In this document: piece after piece, positions 55,167 to 64,000 of the stretch
How the letters are laid out: the number at the start of each line of letters is the position of its first letter
How positions within the stretch are numbered: the stretch's first letter is position 1
NCBI GenBank assembly: GCA_964247055.1
Contig: OZ176058.1
Span: 3,038,001 to 3,102,000 of the forward strand
DNA length: 64,000 nt
Direction of reading: 5' to 3'
Source of the DNA: Paragordius varius
Lineage: Eukaryota > Animalia > Nematomorpha
Translations under genes and position numbers: made by a program
Notes under the pieces: generated by a model
What the model saw: only the letters and a program-made list of their open reading frames with translations
Database searches by the model: none
What the model was told of the DNA's origin: nothing

Positions 55167-57492
55167 TGGAAAACCAGCTTTTTGTTCATGTTGGTGTCCC
55201 CCGTTTCGCTTAGTTTGTCGCAATTCGTTATATGAGGTTCGTCATTACCCAAACCTGACTGTCGTGACAGCTAAAGTAGACGGGACCGATTTTACGAGCA
55301 CAGACCTGCAAAAACATTATCGACTCTTATACCTTTACCTTAAAGGGCAAAATGATCAAAGTAAATTACAGTAAAACTTGAAATTATACGGAAGGACAAA
55401 ACGTAAAAATATAAAGACAAATATTTTTTCTAAAAGGCAACTAAACTACACTTTTTAAATCTTAAATTATTTCGATACAAAGTATATTATAGAGATATAT
55501 ATTGATAATACAATCAAATATATATTTTATTATTGTAAATAAATCATTTATATGAGAAACATTTTATTTGAAAAAAGTATGGCATAGAAGAAAAAATTTG
55601 TCTTTATATTGTTACGTTTTGTCCGTATAATTTCAGTTTTTACTGTATATTATATTATTAATCAGGCATGGTAAAAATATTTGCTATTGGGATTGAAGTT
55701 TTTTCAGATTATTAGTCTCAGATTTATGCTAATTTATTTGCGTTATTCACACAAACGCAAAATTAAGAGAAATATTCTAAAATAGTTACAGTGTTTTACA
55801 CCTTGAATTATCTTACATACTATAATATTCAAATTTTATAGGCATTACCAATTTACATTTCTGATTTCCATTTCGCAACCAAATGAGTTGTATATGAAAA
55901 AATTAAGATTAAAAAGTATAAGATTGTCTTTTTTATAAAGATCAGCATTCTTTTATTTTTGCCCGTATAGGTTAAAATTTTATTGTAAGAATTCAAGTTT
56001 GACATGATTTGATTTTTTTAACTTTTTTCCCAAAAGCTCTAATTTTATGTCATTTAGATGTTGAAATTCCTTTAACAACGCCTCTTATCATAAGCAGCCC
56101 CAAAACCGGGTTTTCACCCAACTATAATTATAATTTATTGCGAAACGTAAGTGAGGGACCATCTCTAACAATAGTTATTCCAACACCCTTTGACCTTAAC
56201 CCGCCTAAACCCTTAGATTCTAGGGTATGTTTAGACTGAAATTGAAATATATAGAGACAAAATGTTAAAAACTAAAAGAAATATTTTGCTAAAAATAGAA
56301 TTGATTTTATATTACAATTTTAAATTATGTAATTGGGTGTCTTAACAAGAAATTCCCTTTTTGGAACCCAAAATAAGATAAAAGAATGGTTTTTCTAAAA
56401 ATTAGTTGCCTTTTAGATTTTTTAATTTTTACTATAAAATGTTGTGTATTTTGTATAACTGGTAGATTTTAAAAATACTAATTTTGTTTGAATAATCATA
56501 ACTTTTGTTAATAGACTTTGCTTTTTAGGTTTTAAGAATTATACGCTAGCTGTAAAAAATTAATTTATCAGCTTAAATAAATATCTATATTATCCTTAAC
56601 TTAAAATAGGATTTTTCACAAGATATTTAAGTATAAAAATATTTCAAAAAATAAAAATATTCTCATTTTTTTCCTGTTAAGTAATACTTCTATTTATAAA
56701 TAAAAATATAGTTGCGAATTCGCCATTTGTGTACCAAAAAATATTATGTTCGAATGTTTGGTGGTCCCTATTTACCCGCCAAATTCTTAGAAAAATCTGA
56801 AGAATTTATCCGAATTCTACAACTCAATGAACAGGAATTGAAAAATGGATTTAATTTGGTCAATTATTTCCCGTAAACATCTAACCAATTTTTTTACACC
56901 AAAAATAGAAATTGAAATTGTATAAATTTTACTAATATTTTTAGACCGAAAAACAGTAAAAATTTAACAAAACTTTGAAATTATAAGACAAATATTTTTT
57001 CCAACCATGCTTCCCACATAAATATATCCAGTAAATATTGAATACGGACAAAACGTAAAAATATGAAGACAAATATTTTTTCTAAAAGACAACCATATTT
57101 TTTGAATCTTTTGTTTAAATATGACTGATTGTTTGAAATGAAAATAAATAGGAGTGTATAAAATGGATAACAATCAATTATGTATTTTATGATAGTAATT
57201 GAATGATTTTTATAAGATAAATTAAGGTTTAAAAAAGTATGGTTATCTTTTGAAAAAAATATTTGTCTTTATATTTGTTTTGTCCTTATAATTTCAGTTT
57301 TACTGTAATTAAAATCTAGTATATTAATTGAAAATTTAATATATGGTTGTCCTTTTAAAATATATTAATTTTGTCTGTATAATAATAATTTTTCATGAAA
57401 ATATTTTTAGGTTTAATCAAAACAAATTTTTGAATTTACACAATGAGATTTGGGTACCTGTGAGCAAATGGCAACCCAAGAGTCTATGTTGA
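55167..57492 (+). CDS. SOUL / heme-binding protein 2-like (first exon not located)
   Basis: Exons 55167-55360 (PAFC..CPPF..YEVRHYP..LYLYLKGQN), 56058-56224 (EIPLTTP..NPPKPLDS), 56712-56872 (YYVRMFGG), 57411-57492 (HNEIW). Phases agree; motifs are those of the SOUL family. Confidence 0.88.
55369..55645. mobile_element. Intact 277-bp Tc1/mariner-like MITE, 8 nt downstream of a SOUL splice donor
   Basis: TA|CAGTAAAACTTGAAATTATACGG ... CCGTATAATTTCAGTTTTTACTG|TA. Confidence 0.88.
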
Positions 57493-58236
57493 GATTACAA
57501 TCAGCCCAATATCACCAATAAAATTTTTTGTTCTAAATAAATTTATGTTTCTGAATAGTAATTTTGGATAGATCATAAATATAGGCAAAACATTAAAACA
57601 AAGACGATATTTTTTCAACCTTGATAATTCCTACATAAACTTTATAATTGCAATATGGAAATATGTATATGAGTGTACCAATTTAAATCTCTTCTCCTTA
57701 TTTTGTAATGGAATCCGATGAGTTAAAATAATAACTAAGGTTTAAATAATAAGTTAAGATAACATTGTCTGTCTTTAGATTTCAAGTTTTATTCGTATAT
57801 TTACAATTTTTACGGTATATTCATTATAAATTATGGTAATAAATGTTTTGAATAAACTATATAGAAATAAAACATGTTTATAATCTTTAAGTTGAATAAA
57901 AAGAGCTAATATAAAAACCAGATGTGTCATTATATAAGGCTTTTGAATTCTAGTTGGCATATTTATAAAAATGTTGTGTTTAATATTTTTAAATTTATTA
58001 AAGTTATTATGTATATTCTATTTTTTAACCAATTTTGGTTTTATGGAAGCCAAATCCGCTAAATCCGAAATATCAAATAGGATGAAAGGTATCTATCTAA
58101 TAAAATTTATTTTTACCAATTTTATTATTTCAGAAGGTAACTTTCTAGTTAAATCTATAAATTAAAAAAGTTATATTAATGAGTTAATGCCGGTTGCCTG
58201 TTAAATTTATTTTTTGAAATGGTCTTAAATATTTAA

Positions 58237-58817
58237 CACTTGGATACAACACACTCATTTTAGTCCTTCGATTCAAATTGGGGTAGTTGGATACCCCAGG
58301 CCTGTTTAAAATTAAATTCTTAAAAAAATATGGAAGGAATCAAAACCATGGCAAAATTTTACACTTATGTAACATTAATAAACTGAAATATATAAAAAAT
58401 TTTATTCAAAAATACTTGATATTACTTATTTTAAGCTAAAACCGAAAGGTAAAAATTTCGTCAGCATAACATGTGTCAAATTGTAAAATTAAAAAATATT
58501 ACAAAATAAACCGCTTTTTCTATTTCTATCAATGTTAGATGTAATTTATATAAAAAATTAGCTTTAGTTTTACCCTTAAAATTAAATGGAGACGATATTT
58601 TGTAAAAATTTCGTAAAATAAAAATGGCGTCGAAGTAGTTTGAGATGGATTTTTTTTTCAAAACAAAAATTTATTAAGATTTTTTGGCATATTTATATAA
58701 TTTTTATCAGGATAGAAGCATAAATTTAAATTGAGACCGTTACCTTGAGTAGTTTTTTAAAAATAGTAATTTAAATTTAGTCTGGGGTAGTTAGATACCC
58801 CAATTTGAATCGAAGTG
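58237..58817. mobile_element. Intact 581-bp piggyBac-like MITE (inverted relative to 32635-33216)
   Basis: TTAA|CACTTGGATAC ... ATCGAAGTG|TTAA; high identity to 32635-33216. Confidence 0.9.
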
Positions 58818-59224
58818 TTAATAATAAAAGTCCAAACAAATATGTTAAAATTTTATAGAAATTTTATACAATTATGATATAATTTATAAATGTATTAACT
58901 TATTATGTTTTAACTGTCATATGAAAGAATCGATATATCACCATTAATTTTAATTACCTCGGTCAACTTTATAAGCTTTGGGTAAACGCTTATAAAAATA
59001 TTTGTCTTAAAATAAGAGATAATTTATATCTTAATTAAAATTTTGATCTTCCACCAATTTTCTAAATATTTATTAAATATTTTTAGTAAATGGATTTATA
59101 TAAGAAATCGCATCAATCGTTAATTTTAGTAAGTAACCCATTGGTTTACTGATTATTTTAAAATTGATTAGACTTTAATTTTACTTTATTAACAACGATA
59201 TAAGATATTAGGGTATAACTAAAC

Positions 59225-60409
59225 TAGGGGTGTCCCACGCAAATATGGCTTCGCGGGCCATATTTTTGACCAAAAATCTGCCGGGCTGCTAAAATAAGGG
59301 AATTTTTTAAACATTGTCATAAAATTTAAATAAAAGTTTGGAAAAAATGGCCTAACTATTTATTGCACCAATTTTCGCTAATTTATTGCCAATAAAATTT
59401 TTTTAGTTAAATTATATTAATTTCACAAAGATTTACTAGTATATTCAAATTGTGGATTTACATTTAGGTATTTTAAATAATTGATAAATTATACATCTTT
59501 TAAATTGAATCTGTTTAATATCAAAAATCAAAAACAACATTTGACTATAAATAAAATTTTAACATTGATGCGATTTAATACGCTGTTTAACCATGAGATT
59601 CATATATTAAAAAAATTATTAAAAGTTGCGTGAGCTTATAAATTAAAAATTTTTACGGATCTAAGATAAATTTGATGACAAAAATCGAAATAAATATAAA
59701 ATTTTAAAGACTTGTATTTTTAGCGATTGATGCTAATTTGAGAAGAAGCAAAATTAAATAGGTGTTTAACTATCATCCAGATTTTCTAAACAAAGATTCA
59801 ATATCATCGTTGAACGGTTTCATATCGCTTTAAAAAACGCTAATATATTCGACAAACTTTATAATTAAAATTTTTTTTACAGGCAACCCAAAGTAAATGA
59901 CAATTGATCTGTAATGTTCTTGATTTTGTGAGCTATTCTTAATAAAAATCCTTTTGAAGTCTGTGGGATCATTTTATTATCAACTTTATATGGAAATATT
60001 AAACATCATTTAACATTTAAAAAACCATAGGCCAATATTGTTAGTATTCAATAGGAAGTTTTAAACATCATTTAACATATTAGGCCAATATGTGTAGTTA
60101 GTAATACAGTAATGAAATTTTAACAATAAAAAATGTAAGGACATTTATTTTTTTAAAAGACCATTTTTTTAATTTGATTTATTTATGATTCCTTAACAAA
60201 TTATAGGATGTATATTGGCAATACAATCAATTATATATTTTACAATTGTAATTAAACAGTTAGTATAGGAAAAATTAAGGTTTATATTTGTCTTTATGTT
60301 TCGTTGGTATAATTAAAATTTTATTTAAACTATTTAAAAATAATCTATATAAATTTTGTTTTTATAGGTCAAGTCAAAGTTGGCCTCATACGTGGACCCA
60401 CAACCCCAA
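59225..60409. mobile_element. Probable hAT non-autonomous element (ends match 34054-35807 family)
   Basis: TAGGGGTGTCCCACGCAAATATGGCTTCGCGGGCC at left; GGCCTCATACGTGGACCCACAACCCCAA at right. No clean TSD, so the two ends may belong to separate copies. Confidence 0.45.
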
Positions 60410-60843
60410 GATACCGAATATAGAATAGAATATCATTAAATGATTTAACTCTTTTTAATTCCAGTTTAATAGATAATAGATTTAAAACTTATTTTATAAA
60501 TCAAAGATTGGGATTGTACAAAATTATTTTAGCATAAATATGTCATTTTTTTATATTTATTATTTTTAAAAATATAAAAACAGGAATGAATTATAAAAAA
60601 ATTGCGAATATGGGTTAACAACTAACAATTATCCGAAAGATGTTGGAGCAATTAAATATCATAAAAAAACACAAAACTTTTATAAATAGTGCAGGTTTCT
60701 TCATTTTCCCTCCAATTGTTGGGAAAACATTCTGAGAAAATATAAAAATTTTATATTACTATTTAAAATTATGTAAAAATTTTATTAGAAAAATAGCTTA
60801 AACGACAATTTCAGTCGTAAAATTAAAATATGTGATTTCAGAA

Positions 60844-60846
<3 letters not shown>

Positions 60847-60889
<43 letters not shown>
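60847..60889. repeat. (TA)n microsatellite, about 21 units
   Basis: Direct reading. Confidence 0.97.
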
Positions 60890-60893
<4 letters not shown>

Positions 60894-61263
60894 TATTATT
60901 TAATTTGTAAATTTTTTTGGGGCTACATCTGAATACTTTAACCTTTATAATTTATAATTTGATAATGAAGTATGTATATTGAAAATCTGTCGAATAACTA
61001 TGGAAATATTTTTTTAACATTTTTTGATAAGTACGCCTGGTATATAGTTTTCTGTCCAGTTATCTCTAAAAAGCACTGACAATATTGGGCCTAATGCAAA
61101 AACATGCATTCCTAACCTTTTAGGCGAAAATCATAATTAAATAATTTAAAACATTCATTCTAAATAAATACCCGCAATTTGTGATTGATCGCTCAAAATT
61201 TGGTTAAAATATAGATTAAATCGACTTCAAATGAGAATTACTTTAAAGCAAATTATTTAATAA

Positions 61264-61766
61264 CTAGCGTAAATCTCGTGCTGCTACACAGCCCGAGGAA
61301 GTCCTTCGGGTGAAAAAAGGGAGAATAAAATGATCCACATATGTGGATTATTTTGAAACATTATATAATAGCTATGATCTCATAGGAATTTCAAAACGGT
61401 GCATTCATACTAATATATTGTTTACTTGGGCGAAAAATAGATTAATTATTTTTGTGGACTTAATTTTTTTAAAAAAAATGGCGGGGGGGGGTAAAAAGAG
61501 GGCCTAAAAAGCTAGCCAACTATGTTCGGCTCAATCGAAAATAAGTAAAAAAAAATCATATTGGAAATCGAATGGTCCATCACGTTTTTCGGAAAATTGT
61601 CTCAAAGACACGATTTTTGTGGACTTTTGTTTTCAAAAACCCCGTTGTGGGCTTGAACTGAAGGCCTAATTCAAAAAAAAGGAAAGCTATTGTCGGGGCA
61701 TTAATTAATGATTATATTTTTACGACATTTGTTGAATGGGTCTACCGGTTTCCCGGAAACAGATCC
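61264..61766 (-). mobile_element. 5'-truncated Helitron copy
   Basis: Reverse complement of ~24640-25184; hairpin CTCGTGCTGCTACACAGCCCGAG and CTAG|T terminus. Confidence 0.85.
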
Positions 61767-62169
61767 AAACGATTTTAAACTAAATTTTAGAGTATTAAAT
61801 TTGTAAAAACGAGATATTACTTAAAATAATGATCACATTTAAAACAACATAATTTTTCATTTTTCGAACGCAGAGTGTTGCCCTAAGTTTTTACTTGTAA
61901 AAAACTATATTCATGAAAATAGCGAAATTGAGAGAATTACGCTTTGTATATATAATTTATTAAAAAATAAACTAGATCATACGCATTCTAAATTATTTTT
62001 TAATATATTAAACTATGAAAGTTGCAATGAGATAACATATTTTTAATTTGTTAGTTCCAGAGTTTATTTATATGTCGTTGAAAGTTAATTAATATCTGAT
62101 TATAAAATCAAAAATTATTTAAATTCTGTCATAAGGCATTCAAAAACTTTTATGCCTAATCAATTTTAT

Positions 62170-62350
62170 TATATACCACATCACTCAGTCAAAAACATTT
62201 TTTCAAACAAATGCATGTTTAATTGTTTGAATGAAAAATAGTGCGTTGGGTTGGAAAAATGTGGCGTTCGGCTGAAAAAATGTTTGCTTGGTTGTCTTAG
62301 ATTGAAGTGTTGCATTTGGAAAAAGAGTTGCTTTTAACGCAATAATGTGA
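62170..62350. mobile_element. Degenerate foldback (22-bp array) remnant
   Basis: TATACCAC..AAAAACATTTTTTCAAACAAATGCA and inverted GAAAAATGT.GCGTT.G units. Confidence 0.5.
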
Positions 62351-63171
62351 ATTAGAAATATTGTTAGTTGCCTTGTTTACAAATATTATAGAAATATATA
62401 GTCATTAGACAGAGCCCTTAATTTAGACAATTAGGTCTATGGAAAAAAAACAAAAATTGAATATTTTAAATAATACCGATGTTGGATATTCATATATTTG
62501 TAGACTTTAGGTTCGTTATATATAAAATGCTAAGATAAACTTTCCCTAAAATATTTAGGACTTAATATATTTATTGTTTTTTTAAAAATTTAAGAAATTA
62601 TTAAATATATAATGGCAAAATGTTTTTTGACAGCGATTGATATTTTATTTTTATATTTTACAGGATAATTTAATAGCTTTCTTTAAAAAAATGGATTAAA
62701 GTTAGATAATCATATTTTAATTTTCTAATTATTATTTTAAGTTGGAACAAAAACTTTATAATATTCTTTCAAGCAATAAAAGGTTTATTAAATGTATTGC
62801 GATAACAAAATTTAATACACTTTTAAATTCAGAAAGGTATTATAATTATTTTATAAAAAATAAGTGAGTATGAAGTGAGAGTTTGAATTTTAATGTCGGT
62901 AGTAGCTCGCTAATTCCTTAAATAAATTTGTCAGTTTAAAATTTAAAATAACTCCCCTTTCTTTTCTTGTATTTCCTTTAATTTAATACACTTTATATTT
63001 ACCATTACGACATAAATCCCCTTTTGCTTTAACTTTTCAAAAAAAATTATCAAGAAATTTTATCTTAAAATCGACCCATATAAATTTTTTTTTTAACACT
63101 CAACTTCTGGGGTAGTTTTATATTCAGCGCGATTTGAAATTCAGAATCTTAAAAAATATTTATGCAATTAG

Positions 63172-63800
63172 CACTTCGATTTAAATTGGTATATACATAT
63201 TATTTTTATATTAATATTTTTGAATTAATTTTTTTATAAAAATACTGAAAGAAACGGTCCCAATTTAATATGCTTCTTTCATATTAAATATTATATAAAT
63301 AGGCTGAAATGACCAAATAAAATTTATTTTAAAAAAGTTCCATATCAAATTACTTCGTCGGTATTTTTTTTGTATAATATCGTAATAATTTGATTCTAAG
63401 GCTAAAATTAAATTAATTATTTATTAAAATTTAACATAATATAAATAAAATATGGTATATTTTGTATTATTTTATATTAAGCTTATGACACAAGTCATGT
63501 TGGCTAAATTATTGTAAGATTTTTACCTCTGAAAAAAAGAATATATATTGCATTATTTTATATTGTGGCGGACACATGTCATGTGGCTAAATTTATACTT
63601 TGGGTTTTAGCTCTGAATAAGTAATATCAAGTAAATTTGAATATTTTTTTATATTTTGGTTAATTAATGTTAAATAGGGGCAAACTTTTACAATGGTTTC
63701 AATTCCTTCCATATTTTTCAAAATATTTAATTTAAACAGGCTTAAGGTATTCAACTAACAAATTTGGATCGATAGACTAAAATGAATGTGTTGTAATTAA
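63172..63800. mobile_element. Degenerate piggyBac-like MITE
   Basis: CACTTCGATT.., AAAGAAACGGTCCCAATTT, AAAAAAGTTCCATATCAAA.TACTTCG, TTTAAACAGGC..TGAATGTGTTGTA; colinear with 32635-33216. Confidence 0.7.
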
Positions 63801-64000
63801 GTCTTCCAAATTTAAAAATATACCTTCTTTAGTCATTTAGCCGCCAAAAAATTAAAATTTTAAATTTTCACTCTTATTTTCGCCATTTTTTAATATTATT
63901 GGGAAATACAACAGCTAATAAATATATATTTTGGTTAGAAAATGAATTACTTTACTTTAAAAGCTTTTAGGCTATATTTTACCAGAAAAGACTTGATTCA

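Noticed and set aside
59090-61140. Possible small exons (MDLYKKSHQSLIL|VFNYHPDF.., FLHFPSNCWENIL on plus; CFPNNWRENEETC, GMHVFALGP on minus)
   Set aside because: No recognisable family, conflicting strands and phases, and overlap with a probable hAT element. Not supportable without transcripts.

Overview
Very AT-rich, intron-rich animal (invertebrate-type) genomic DNA; the species cannot be determined from the sequence. I could reconstruct spliced models for a secreted GH18 chitinase with a CBM14 domain (+, 2171-8748), MPP10 (-, ~10634-17731), a CHIC1/2 (Erf4/Golgin-A7 family) homologue carrying a ~390-aa in-frame insertion (+, 19097-23666), UDP-glucose pyrophosphorylase (+, 31984-43196), an orphan secreted Asn-rich 705-aa protein (+, 50581-53920) and a SOUL/HEBP2 protein (+, 55167-57492). 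There is also a tentative uncharacterised gene on the minus strand (~44484-48125). Introns and intergenic DNA are full of non-autonomous transposons: Helitrons, piggyBac-like (TTAA), hAT (8-bp TSD), Tc1/mariner-like (TA) and a modular foldback family with TATACCATTT ends. The strongest finding is a full-length RTE retrotransposon (-, 26751-30415) inserted into an older RTE-BovB-like LINE. Its first 63 nt fold into a compact HDV-like self-cleaving ribozyme with almost no P4, and the predicted cleavage site falls at the element's 5' boundary as defined by the target-site duplication. All gene models and folds were derived by eye and not computationally verified.
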